From: Alphaproteobacteria bacterium
GTDB taxonomy: Bacteria; Pseudomonadota; Alphaproteobacteria; Methylaequorales; Methylaequoraceae
Direction: 5' to 3'
DNA: 64,000 nucleotides
Assembly: GCA_045563025.1 (NCBI GenBank)
Contig: JBJKUS010000008.1
Coordinates: 72,910 to 136,909, forward strand
Shown here: positions 36,243 to 46,027 of the stretch, piece by piece
Layout: every line of letters starts with the position of its first letter
Position numbering within the stretch: position 1 is the first letter of the stretch
Made by a program: the position numbers and the translations under genes
The notes under the pieces: generated by a model
What the model was told of the DNA's origin: nothing
The model's database searches: none
What the model saw: only the letters and a program-made list of their open reading frames with translations

Positions 36243-37082
36243 ATGCTAAACAATATCATAAATAAAATAAGATCAATTTTAAAACCTAGTGATAGAGAAA
36301 ATATAAAAGATGTTTTAGAGGATCTGATTGAGGATAATGGAAATGGTACTGAAAAAATTGATGATGGTACCAAAAACATTTTTAAGAATGTAATTAACCT
36401 TCATAATAAATGTATTGAAGATGTTATGATTCCAAGGGCTGATATTGATGCTGTCTCAATTGAAACAACATTAAATGATCTTGTTAATTTTATAGATAAA
36501 ACAAAACATTCTAGAATTCCAGTTTTTGAAAATAATTTAGACAAAGTATTAGGAATGATTCACATAAGAGATTTATTTGAGAAAATTCACCAAAGAAATA
36601 CAAAAAAAAAAAGTACTAAGATTGCAAAAAAGATGATAAGAAAAATTCTCTTCTCCTCTCCATCAATGAAAGTAATAGATTTGCTTTTAAAAATGAGATC
36701 TGAACAGATACATATGGCAATTGTAATAGATGAATTTGGAGGAACAAATGGGATAGTAACCATTGAGGACTTAGTTGAAGAGATTGTGGGTGAAATAAAA
36801 GATGAACATGATTTTGAAGAAGTTGATGAAATAAAAAAAATCTCAAAAAAGAGTTTTGAAATATCAGCGAGAATCTCTCTAGAAGAATTTGAAAAAAGAT
36901 TGAATGTAAAGTTGAATATAGATGAAAGAGATGAAATAGATACACTAGGTGGCTTTATTTTCTTTCTTTTAGGGAGGATACCCGGAAGAGGAGAGGTTGT
37001 AAGTTATAAGAAAAATATAGAATTCACAATTATTGAAGCTGATACAAGAAGGATAAAAAGAATATTGGTAACAAAAAAGTAA
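36243..37082 (+). CDS. corC: CBS-pair / CorC_HlyC domain protein (CorC/TlyC family)
   Basis: 279 aa with IVIDEFGGTNGIVTIEDLVEEIVGEI. Confidence 0.8.
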   Translation: MLNNIINKIRSILKPSDRENIKDVLEDLIEDNGNGTEKIDDGTKNIFKNVINLHNKCIEDVMIPRADIDAVSIETTLNDLVNFIDKTKHSRIPVFENNLDKVLGMIHIRDLFEKIHQRNTKKKSTKIAKKMIRKILFSSPSMKVIDLLLKMRSEQIHMAIVIDEFGGTNGIVTIEDLVEEIVGEIKDEHDFEEVDEIKKISKKSFEISARISLEEFEKRLNVKLNIDERDEIDTLGGFIFFLLGRIPGRGEVVSYKKNIEFTIIEADTRRIKRILVTKK

Positions 37083-38617
37083 TGAAAATAAATCACTTTT
37101 TTAATCTTGTTTTTCTTGGGATACTTCAAGGTTTCTCGCAAAGTTTTTTTTATTTAATTCCCTTGGTTGTATTGGTTTATTTTTTTTTTTTAAAAAAAAT
37201 AATTTTAGCTAAATCCTTAAAAGAGAGCTTTCTTAATGGTTGGACTTTTGGATTTGGTTTTTTCTTTGGTTCTATGCACTGGATGGTAAATCCTTTTTTG
37301 ATATATCAAAAACATTTTCTTTTGTTCCCTCTAGGTTTGATTGTGTTTCCATTAGTAATGGGTTTATTCTTTGTAATACCGACTGTATCTATTTTCCTTG
37401 CTAAAAAAACTAAAATTTTAAGTGAAGAGAGAGTTTTCCTAGATTCATTTTTTATATGTTTTTTTTTTTTCTTATCTGAATTTCTGAGGTCAAAAGTTTT
37501 TGGTGGATTGCCATTTAATTTGTCCGGCCATATTTGGGCCTTTAACAGTGATTTCATTCAAATATCAAAATTTATTGGAGTATATGGTTTTTCTTTTTTA
37601 ACCCTCTTGTGGATAATAGTTTCTGTTAATTTATTTAGTAATAAGAACTTTAAGCTCTCTTTCCTTATGTTTGTTTTCTTTCCTGCCTTTTTTCTATCTT
37701 TTAGTTTTTTTTCGAATTCAGAGGAAGAAAAAGATAACAATGATTCAATTTTAGTCAGAGTGATTCAACCAAACATCCTGCAAGAAGAAAAATGGAATAG
37801 ACTCTTCTTTCAGGAAAATATTGAAAAGCTTTTAAAATTAACAAAAGAGAAAAACGATCAAAAAGAAAAAATTGTTGTTTGGCCAGAGGTTGCTGTAACT
37901 CTTTATTTAAATGAGGAAGAAGATTTTCTAAGGTATTTAAAAAAAGAAATTCCATCTAATATTACAATAATAACTGGAGGACTTAGGCGAGAGATTTCTG
38001 AGGGCCAAGTCAAAGTTTTTAATTCTTTATATTTAATCAATAAAAATATAAAATTTTACGATAAAAGAAAACTTGTTCCTTTTGGTGAATTTATTCCTTT
38101 TAGGAAATGGGTCGATTTTTTCAAAATTACTCCAGGGTCAACTGATTTTAGTGTTGGTAAAGACTTGAAGATAATTGAAGATAAAGTTGGTGAACAAAAC
38201 TATTTTTTTGAACCTTCCATTTGTTATGAAGCTATATTTCAAACTTTCTCTGATACTGAATCACAACTTTTAATTAATATAACTAATGATGCATGGTTCG
38301 GCAACGGTCTTGGTCCAAAACAACATTTATCTGCCCAAATATTCAGATCAGTTGAAAAGTCAACCCCATTAATTCGATCATCAAACTCCGGGATTTCAGT
38401 AATAACCAATGAAGAAGGGGAGATATTAGAAAAAATTAAATTAGAAAAAGATGGTTTCATAGAATTGGAACTTAAGCTTCAGAGTAGAAAAACTTTTTTT
38501 GAAAAGAATGGAAATGTATCCCTTATTATATTAATTCTGTTAACATTTTTATTATTTTACTTGATAGATAAAATTTATCATTTAAAAGTAAAGTCTAAAC
38601 CTATTTTCAAGACATGA
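37082..38617 (+). CDS. lnt: Apolipoprotein N-acyltransferase
   Basis: 511 aa with a multi-TM N-terminus plus a CN-hydrolase domain (VVWPE, ICYE, NITNDAWFG). Confidence 0.85.
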   Translation: MKINHFFNLVFLGILQGFSQSFFYLIPLVVLVYFFFLKKIILAKSLKESFLNGWTFGFGFFFGSMHWMVNPFLIYQKHFLLFPLGLIVFPLVMGLFFVIPTVSIFLAKKTKILSEERVFLDSFFICFFFFLSEFLRSKVFGGLPFNLSGHIWAFNSDFIQISKFIGVYGFSFLTLLWIIVSVNLFSNKNFKLSFLMFVFFPAFFLSFSFFSNSEEEKDNNDSILVRVIQPNILQEEKWNRLFFQENIEKLLKLTKEKNDQKEKIVVWPEVAVTLYLNEEEDFLRYLKKEIPSNITIITGGLRREISEGQVKVFNSLYLINKNIKFYDKRKLVPFGEFIPFRKWVDFFKITPGSTDFSVGKDLKIIEDKVGEQNYFFEPSICYEAIFQTFSDTESQLLINITNDAWFGNGLGPKQHLSAQIFRSVEKSTPLIRSSNSGISVITNEEGEILEKIKLEKDGFIELELKLQSRKTFFEKNGNVSLIILILLTFLLFYLIDKIYHLKVKSKPIFKT

Positions 38618-39801
38618 AAAATTCTCAAGATAATTTTGTATTTACCAGTGAATCAGTTTCAGAGGGACATCCTGATAAGGTATGTGATCAAATCTCAGAT
38701 GCTGTACTAGATCTATTTATGAAAAATGATTCAAATTCAAGAGTTGCTTGTGAAACTCTAGCAACTACTAACAGGGTAGTGTTGGCTGGAGAAATAAATA
38801 TAAAAAAAAATGAGGAGAACATTACACCTGATGTAATTGAAAAAACAGTAAGAGAAAAAGTTAAGGAAATTGGTTATGAACAAGACGGATTTCATTGGAA
38901 TAAGATTTTAGTTGAAAATCGTCTTCATAAACAATCTCAGGATATTTCTCGAGGTGTTGATCAAGATGAGACCAATCAGATTTATGGAGCAGGAGACCAA
39001 GGGATTATGTTTGGATTTGCTTGTAATGAATCAGAAAATTTAATGCCGGCACCAATCGATTATTCTCACAAAATATTAAAAGAACTGGCTAACTTTAGAC
39101 ACAATAATGATTCGTTTTTTGGACCAGACTCTAAAAGTCAAGTTAGTGTACTTTATGAAAGCAATAAACCAAAGTCAATTTCTTCAATTGTAGTTTCAAG
39201 TCAACACTCAGAAAAGGCTAGCAATGAAGATGTTCGTAAAAAAGTTATTGAATTAATTGAAAATGTTATCCCCCTTGAGATTCTTCCGGCTAAAAAGGAA
39301 ATACTTGTAAACCCAACGGGCCGTTTTGTAATTGGAGGTCCTGACGGTGATGCGGGACTTACCGGAAGAAAAATTATTGTTGATACATACGGTGGGGCTG
39401 CACCTCATGGCGGTGGCGCCTTCTCGGGGAAGGATTATACCAAGGTTGATAGATCGGCAGCTTATATGGCCAGATATTTGGCAAAAAATATAGTAGGAAG
39501 TAAGATAGCGGAAAAATGTTTAATTCAGTTGTCATATGCAATTGGAGTTGTCGATCCTATTTCAATTTTTTTAGAGGTAGACAACAATTTAGATTTAGAG
39601 AAAAAAAATAGATTAATTCAAATAATCAATGAGAATTTTGATTTGTCTCCATCTGGAATAAAAAACTTCCTTAGATTAGACAGTCCTATTTATCAAGAGA
39701 CAGCAGCTTACGGACACTTTGGAAGAGAATATAACAAGACCACTGGATCTTTTTCTTGGGAATCATTGGAAAGTATAGAGGTTTTTAAGAAAAGTTTTTA
39801 A
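38614..39801 (+). CDS. metK: S-adenosylmethionine synthetase
   Basis: 395 aa with SEGHPDKVCDQISD, GAGDQG and GGGAFSGKD. Confidence 0.95.
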   Translation: MKNSQDNFVFTSESVSEGHPDKVCDQISDAVLDLFMKNDSNSRVACETLATTNRVVLAGEINIKKNEENITPDVIEKTVREKVKEIGYEQDGFHWNKILVENRLHKQSQDISRGVDQDETNQIYGAGDQGIMFGFACNESENLMPAPIDYSHKILKELANFRHNNDSFFGPDSKSQVSVLYESNKPKSISSIVVSSQHSEKASNEDVRKKVIELIENVIPLEILPAKKEILVNPTGRFVIGGPDGDAGLTGRKIIVDTYGGAAPHGGGAFSGKDYTKVDRSAAYMARYLAKNIVGSKIAEKCLIQLSYAIGVVDPISIFLEVDNNLDLEKKNRLIQIINENFDLSPSGIKNFLRLDSPIYQETAAYGHFGREYNKTTGSFSWESLESIEVFKKSF

Positions 39802-40461
39802 ATGACTAATTTTTATGGAAGGAAAATTCCGAGGGGTGCGGACAAAGAGGAAATAAAACAACTTTTCAACTGTTCTTACTTCTTCCATAAAGATAAGAAA
39901 ATCGATCTGAGAAGAAATTTGTTATCTTTTTCAAGGTTAAATTTAGAGATTGGATTTGGATCTGGTGAAAATTTGATTAATAGTGCACAAGAAATGAGTG
40001 AGGAAATTTTTATCGGATGTGATCCTTATCTCAGAGGATCCTTATTGTTGAGAAAAAAAATAGAGTCAATGAATATTAAGAATGTAATATTAACAAACCT
40101 TAGTTTCTTAGAGCTATTTGAATACATTAAGAATATATACTTTAAAAAAATTTTGATTCTTTTTCCTGATCCCTGGCCAAAAAAAAGACATTTAAAAAGA
40201 AGATTAATTAACAAAAATTTCTTAACATTGTTGGATCAAATATCAAACCAACAAACTGATATAATAATATCCACAGACAATGTTGACTATCAAAACCAGA
40301 TTTTATACTTATTCTACTTAGATAAAAATTTTATTCCTTCAACAGAAATTTTTGGGAAAAAATTATTTAACTATTTTGGTTTGAAAGAAACGAAATATTA
40401 TCAAAAGGCAAAAAAAAGTAAAAATAAATCATATTTTTTCCTTTTTAACAAAAGAAATTAA
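39802..40461 (+). CDS. trmB: tRNA (guanine46-N7)-methyltransferase
   Basis: 219 aa with LEIGFGSGE and FPDPWPKKRH. Confidence 0.85.
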   Translation: MTNFYGRKIPRGADKEEIKQLFNCSYFFHKDKKIDLRRNLLSFSRLNLEIGFGSGENLINSAQEMSEEIFIGCDPYLRGSLLLRKKIESMNIKNVILTNLSFLELFEYIKNIYFKKILILFPDPWPKKRHLKRRLINKNFLTLLDQISNQQTDIIISTDNVDYQNQILYLFYLDKNFIPSTEIFGKKLFNYFGLKETKYYQKAKKSKNKSYFFLFNKRN

Positions 40462-40565
40462 TTCAAAGAAATTTACTATATTATTTAAGTTTGTTAAAAG
40501 TATTGGTATGAATTAATCATTAATTAAAGACTATTAGATAAATTTTTGAAAAAGGCGTTAAAAAA

Positions 40566-42086
40566 TTGGAAAACAAAGAAACAATAATTAGTCAAAATTT
40601 CGATATCCTTGATGTTGCAAAAACTATAGCAAAAGAAAAGGGAATAACTTCTGAAGAAGTGTTAGAAGCAATGGAAATGGCAATTGCAAAAGCAGGAAGA
40701 ACGAAATATGGCTATGAGCTTGACATTAGAGCACACGTAAATAGGGATAACGGTTATATAGGTTTGTTTAGATACCAGGAGGTAGTAGATAATGTAGAGA
40801 GTCTGCCTGAGGAAGAAAGAGTTAATAAAATAAGTAAAAGTAATCTTTCAAAAGATAATTCACAGTTAAAAACTGGGGAATTTTTAGTTGACGAACTGCC
40901 TCCTCTTAATTTTGGAAGAATAGCTGTTCAGACTGCTAAACAAGTAATTTATCAAAAAGTTAAAGAGGCTGAGAAGGTTGTCCAATTTAATGAATTTAAG
41001 GATAAATTGGGTGAAATTGTTAATGGTGTAGTAAAAAGAGTAGAATATGGGAATTTAATAGTTGATCTAGGTAAAGGTGAAGCTATTTTGAGACGGGAAG
41101 AACTATTAAATAGAGAGGTTTTTAGGCGATCAGATAGAATTAGAGCGTATATTACTGAAGTTAAGTTTGACCTAAAGGGTCCACAAATTTTTTTATCAAG
41201 AGCTCATAATAATTTTCTCGTTAAGTTATTTCAGCAAGAAGTCCCGGAGATCTATGATGGAATAATTGAAGTGAAATCAGTGGCAAGAGACCCAGGTAGT
41301 AGAGCAAAGATAGCTGTTTTTACAAAAGAAAAAAGTATTGATCCAGTTGGTGCTTGTGTAGGAATGAGAGGTAGTAGAGTGCAAGCAGTAGTTAATGAAC
41401 TGCAAGGAGAAAAAATTGATATAGTTTTATGGTCAGAGGATATCGCTACATTTGTTGTGAATGCTCTAGGTCCTGCAGAAGTTGATAAAGTTATTATAGA
41501 AGAAGACTTAAAAAAAATTGACGTAATTGTTCCTGATGAGCAATTAAGTCTGGCCATCGGAAGAAAAGGTCAAAATGTAAGGCTTGCAAGTGCTTTATCT
41601 GGATGGAGCATTGACATTCTAACTATAAGCCAAGAGTCTGAGAGAAGAAGTGAAGAATTCAAAAATTTATCGCAAAAATTTATAACTGTTTTGGATGTTG
41701 ATGAAGTTATTGCTCATTTGCTAGTTACTGAGGGTTTTTCTTCAGTCAATGAAATTGCTATGGTTTCACAAGGAGAGTTAGCTTCAATTGAGGGTTTTGA
41801 TGATGATCTTTCCACTGAATTGATTAACAGAGCCAAAAATTTTTTAGAGAAGGAAAAAGAAGAAAATACAAAAATTCTCAAGAACGAAGGTTTGGAGGAT
41901 TATCTTTTAACAAGCAAATTCTTTACAACTGAACAGTTGATACTGTTAAAAAATAATAATATCAAAACTAGAGATCAATTAGCAGATCTGTCAAGTGATG
42001 AGTTGGTTGAAATACTTAACGATCTTGATACGAAAAAAGCCGATGAAATAATTTTAGATTTTAGGAAACACTGGTTCAAAGAGTAA
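40566..42086 (+). CDS. nusA: Transcription termination/antitermination factor NusA
   Basis: 506 aa with an S1 domain and two KH domains (GACVGMRGSRVQ, LAIGRKGQNVRLA). It uses a TTG start; there is no in-frame ATG near the conserved N-terminus. Confidence 0.9.
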   Translation: MENKETIISQNFDILDVAKTIAKEKGITSEEVLEAMEMAIAKAGRTKYGYELDIRAHVNRDNGYIGLFRYQEVVDNVESLPEEERVNKISKSNLSKDNSQLKTGEFLVDELPPLNFGRIAVQTAKQVIYQKVKEAEKVVQFNEFKDKLGEIVNGVVKRVEYGNLIVDLGKGEAILRREELLNREVFRRSDRIRAYITEVKFDLKGPQIFLSRAHNNFLVKLFQQEVPEIYDGIIEVKSVARDPGSRAKIAVFTKEKSIDPVGACVGMRGSRVQAVVNELQGEKIDIVLWSEDIATFVVNALGPAEVDKVIIEEDLKKIDVIVPDEQLSLAIGRKGQNVRLASALSGWSIDILTISQESERRSEEFKNLSQKFITVLDVDEVIAHLLVTEGFSSVNEIAMVSQGELASIEGFDDDLSTELINRAKNFLEKEKEENTKILKNEGLEDYLLTSKFFTTEQLILLKNNNIKTRDQLADLSSDELVEILNDLDTKKADEIILDFRKHWFKE

Positions 42087-42087
42087 T

Positions 42088-44457
42088 ATGGAAGAAAATA
42101 AAGATAAAAAGACTTTACATTCTGGAAAGTTACAATTGAAAAAAACTTTTAATGCTGGTCAAATCAAGCAAAGCTTCTCACATGGGAGAAGTAGGTCAGT
42201 ATCGGTAGAGGTTAAGAAAAAAAGGACACTTAGTGGATTTAAGCAAGATGATGGATCATTAAACGAAGTTCCTTCTTCAAACAAACCTGAAGAAAGTTTA
42301 GAAATTCTTTCAAAACAAAAAAATGAAAATGATCAAAAGCAGCAGACCGATCATTTAAATCAAGATGCCTCATTAAAAACTAATGAGATTCAAGAAAAAA
42401 AAGAAGAAAAGGCGGAAAAAAAGTTTCCCAGAAAAAATACATTAAATCAATCAGAATCTAAGCCTGATTTAAATGAAAAACTTTCTGAAAAAGAAAAAAA
42501 GTTAAAAACACCAAAATTTACCAAAGCACCCAAAAGCTTCGAAAATAGGAGGCAGGGAAAATTAACCATCTCTCAAGCCTTAAGTGACGATAACGAAAAA
42601 GTAAGATCTCTAGCGGCAGTAAAAAGAGCCCGTGAGAAAGCTAAGTTAAGAAGTATTAATGAAGGGGACATGAGAGAATCTTCTGAGATTAAAGAGAGAA
42701 AGAAAAAAGAAATTATTATACCAGACTTTATTGCAGTAAATGAACTTTCGACGAGAATGGCTGAGAAATCTTCCGAGTTAATTAAGGTGTTAATGAAATT
42801 GGGTGTTATGGCAACAATTAATCAAACAATTGATGGTGATACGGCTGAATTATTGGTTGATGAATTAGGTCATATACCAAAAAGAGTTAGTGATTCAGAT
42901 GTTGAACAAGGTTTGGATGGTAAAGATGACCTTGATTCTGAACTAGAGTTTAGACCACCTGTAGTAACTATTATGGGACATGTTGATCACGGAAAAACAT
43001 CAATTCTTGATGCCATCAGGCAAAAAAAAGTTGCAGATTCAGAGGCTGGAGGAATTACACAACATATCGGATCATACATCGTGGAAACTTCAAGCAAGCA
43101 GAAAATAACCTTTATTGATACTCCTGGACATGCAGCTTTCAGCCAAATGAGAGCGAGAGGATCTAACATAACTGATATTATCATATTAGTTGTTGCTGCC
43201 GATGATAGTGTAAATGAACAAACGATTGAAGCAATTAGCCATGCAAAAGCATCTGGTTGCCCAATAATTGTAGCAGTCAATAAGATTGATTTAGAAACAG
43301 CAAATCCTCAAAAAGTTGAAAATGATTTAATGTCTTATGAAATAATTAGTGAAAAAATGGGTGGTGAAAGTGCTTTTGTGAATGTTTCTGCAAAGACAAA
43401 AGAAGGTTTGGATTCGCTACTTGAGGCAATTCTTCTACAAGCAGAAGTACTAGAGCTAAAAGCTAACCCAAAAAGGAAAGGTGAAGGAGCAGTCATTGAA
43501 TCAAAAATTGAAAAAGGAAAAGGAACGGTTGTATCTATTTTAATTCAGAAAGGTACTCTTGTGGTAGGAGATATTGTAGTTGTGGGTAAAGAATGGGGAA
43601 AAGTTCGTGCATTATATGATGATGAGGGAAAACGTTTACAAAAAGCACTTCCAAGCTATCCTGTAGAGTTAATAGGACTTTCTGGTGCTCCAGAATCAGG
43701 AGATAAGCTCGTTGTTGTAGAAAGTGAATCAAGAGCTAGAGAGGTAACACAATACAGATCAAGAAGAAAAAGAGTAGAAGAGAATTCAGCTTTAAAAAGA
43801 ACGTCTATTGATCAAATGATAAAAGATGCCTCAGTAGAACAAAAAAAGATTATTGCGATAATAGTTAAAGCTGATGTCCACGGATCAAAAGAAGCCATTG
43901 AACAAAGTCTTACTAAAATGAACTCAGAGAAAGTAGAAATAAAGATTATCCATACTGGGGTTGGAGAAATTAATGAATCTGATGTTACACTTGCTATTGC
44001 CTCAGAGGCTATGATTTTTGGATTTAATGTGAAAGCAAATGTGCAGGCAAAGAATTTATCAAAAAGAGAAAAGATTAATATGAAATATTTTTCAATTATT
44101 TATGAAGTAATTGATGAGGCAAAAAAAATAATAGATGGAATGTTTGTTGAAGAGTTTCTTGAAAATCAAATTGGTTCAGCACTAATTAAGAAAGTTTTTG
44201 AGATATCTGATTCTAACAAAGTAGCGGGTTGCTCAATAGAGGATGGTAAGGTTACCTCTAAAGCTTTTGCGAGAATCTTTAGAAATGAAAAACAAATTGC
44301 TGAGGTTCAAATACAAAGTTTAAGAAGAGAGAAAAATCAAGTAAAAGAAGTTCTATCAGGTCTGGAATGTGGAGTTACATTTGTAAAATTTAATGACATC
44401 GTTGAGGATGACAAGATTGAATTTTTTACAAGAGAAAATAATGAGAAAAAACAGTGA
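42088..44457 (+). CDS. infB: Translation initiation factor IF-2
   Basis: 789 aa with G-domain motifs GHVDHGKTS, DTPGH and NKID. Confidence 0.95.
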   Translation: MEENKDKKTLHSGKLQLKKTFNAGQIKQSFSHGRSRSVSVEVKKKRTLSGFKQDDGSLNEVPSSNKPEESLEILSKQKNENDQKQQTDHLNQDASLKTNEIQEKKEEKAEKKFPRKNTLNQSESKPDLNEKLSEKEKKLKTPKFTKAPKSFENRRQGKLTISQALSDDNEKVRSLAAVKRAREKAKLRSINEGDMRESSEIKERKKKEIIIPDFIAVNELSTRMAEKSSELIKVLMKLGVMATINQTIDGDTAELLVDELGHIPKRVSDSDVEQGLDGKDDLDSELEFRPPVVTIMGHVDHGKTSILDAIRQKKVADSEAGGITQHIGSYIVETSSKQKITFIDTPGHAAFSQMRARGSNITDIIILVVAADDSVNEQTIEAISHAKASGCPIIVAVNKIDLETANPQKVENDLMSYEIISEKMGGESAFVNVSAKTKEGLDSLLEAILLQAEVLELKANPKRKGEGAVIESKIEKGKGTVVSILIQKGTLVVGDIVVVGKEWGKVRALYDDEGKRLQKALPSYPVELIGLSGAPESGDKLVVVESESRAREVTQYRSRRKRVEENSALKRTSIDQMIKDASVEQKKIIAIIVKADVHGSKEAIEQSLTKMNSEKVEIKIIHTGVGEINESDVTLAIASEAMIFGFNVKANVQAKNLSKREKINMKYFSIIYEVIDEAKKIIDGMFVEEFLENQIGSALIKKVFEISDSNKVAGCSIEDGKVTSKAFARIFRNEKQIAEVQIQSLRREKNQVKEVLSGLECGVTFVKFNDIVEDDKIEFFTRENNEKKQ

Positions 44458-44836
44458 CATTGATCTTTTTAAACCAGAAAAAAAGAGCCCAAGAATTCAC
44501 AAGGTTACCCAGCTTATAAAAAAAGCTCTCGGCGAAGTTTTTTTACAATTAGATTTTACTGACCAAAATGGAGAAAGCTTAATTATTTTTATTGATAACA
44601 TAAAGATGTCGAAAGATGCAAAAATTGCTACAATATATATAACTAGTTTTATCCAAAACGAGTCACTTGATAGTGAGAGTATTAAAGAATCAATAAATAA
44701 AAATTTAGTTAGAATAAAAAGGGATTTTGCATCTCGAATGCAACTAAGGTACACTCCTAAATTAAAGTTTAGATTTGATGTAACAGGTGAAAAATCTTTT
44801 GAGTTAGATAGAACCATTGGTGATCTGAATAGATAA
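44441..44836 (+). CDS. rbfA: Ribosome-binding factor A
   Basis: I chose the ATG at 44441 (MRKNSD...). The protein has a KH-like RbfA fold pattern and sits between infB and truB. Confidence 0.8.
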   Translation: MRKNSDIDLFKPEKKSPRIHKVTQLIKKALGEVFLQLDFTDQNGESLIIFIDNIKMSKDAKIATIYITSFIQNESLDSESIKESINKNLVRIKRDFASRMQLRYTPKLKFRFDVTGEKSFELDRTIGDLNR

Positions 44837-44843
44837 TCCTAAA

Positions 44844-45743
44844 ATGAAGAAAACAAAAAATATAAATGGCTGGATATTTCTAGATAAGCCAATAGGAATT
44901 TCTTCAAATCTCGCTCTTCAAAAAGTTAGAAAAATTTTTAATTATTGCAAAGCAGGTTATGTTGGCACGTTGGACCCCTTGGCATCTGGTTTCTTACCCA
45001 TCGCTCTTGGCAATGCAACAAAAACTATAAAATATTTAGATGATTCAAATAAAGAGTATAACTTCGAGGTTAACTGGGGTTTAAAGACATCTTCTGGAGA
45101 TTTAGAGGGAAACATCGAGGAGATAACAAAAAATTATCCCAGTCGAGAAGAGATTTTGAAGATAATTCCAAATTTTATTGGATACTTTGATCAAGAACCG
45201 CACAAATTTTCTTCAAAAAAGATTAATGGTGTAAGGGCATATAAATTAGCAAGAAGGAAGTTAGAATTTAAGCTCGAGAAGAAGAAAATAGAAATTTTGG
45301 ATTTGAAGTTATTAAATTGTCTATCAGAGACGAAGGCATACTTTTATGCAAAGTGTAGTTCGGGGTGTTATGTTAGAAGACTAGCAGAAGATATCGCTAA
45401 AAACTTAGGAACATTTGCTACTGTTACTGCATTGAGAAGAGTGGGCTTCAGAGATTTTAACAAAAAACTTATTTCACTAGATTATTTGTTAACTTTAGTG
45501 CATGGTGATGACCTTAAACATATACTTAAACCAATCAATTTGGTTTTTGATAACGCTAACGAGATTATACTTGATGAAAGTGGAGCTCAGCATATATTAA
45601 ATGGTAGAACTGTGAAGATCAAAACAGTAGTAAAGAGTTATGAAAAAAAGTTTACTCTGGCTAAATTTAAAAATGAAGTGATCGCGATTGGTTACTTAAA
45701 AGATGATAGTTTTTACCCAAAAAAACTTCTTAGTTACTTATAG
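44844..45743 (+). CDS. truB: tRNA pseudouridine55 synthase
   Basis: 299 aa with the GTLDPLASG catalytic motif. Confidence 0.9.
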   Translation: MKKTKNINGWIFLDKPIGISSNLALQKVRKIFNYCKAGYVGTLDPLASGFLPIALGNATKTIKYLDDSNKEYNFEVNWGLKTSSGDLEGNIEEITKNYPSREEILKIIPNFIGYFDQEPHKFSSKKINGVRAYKLARRKLEFKLEKKKIEILDLKLLNCLSETKAYFYAKCSSGCYVRRLAEDIAKNLGTFATVTALRRVGFRDFNKKLISLDYLLTLVHGDDLKHILKPINLVFDNANEIILDESGAQHILNGRTVKIKTVVKSYEKKFTLAKFKNEVIAIGYLKDDSFYPKKLLSYL

Positions 45744-45760
45744 GATTGAAAGGATAGTAA

Positions 45761-46009
45761 ATGGTAGAGAAAAAAGAAAAAGTGGATTCAAAAAAACAGA
45801 ACACCGGTGGTAGTGAATTTCAAATTACCGTTTTCACAAACAGAATTAAAAATTTAACTGAACACCTTAAATCGAATAAGAAAGATCACAATACCAGAAG
45901 AGGATTAATGAGACTGGTAGGAAAAAGAAAAAAGCTTTTGAGTTACGTTAAAGATAAAAGTAATGAAAGGTATGAATCTGTTATTAAGTCTCTTGGTCTA
46001 AGAAGATAA
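45761..46009 (+). CDS. rpsO: 30S ribosomal protein S15
   Basis: 82 aa with LTEHLKSNKKDHNTRRGL...LGLRR. Confidence 0.9.
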   Translation: MVEKKEKVDSKKQNTGGSEFQITVFTNRIKNLTEHLKSNKKDHNTRRGLMRLVGKRKKLLSYVKDKSNERYESVIKSLGLRR

Positions 46010-46027
46010 ATAAATCAGGAGATTATA

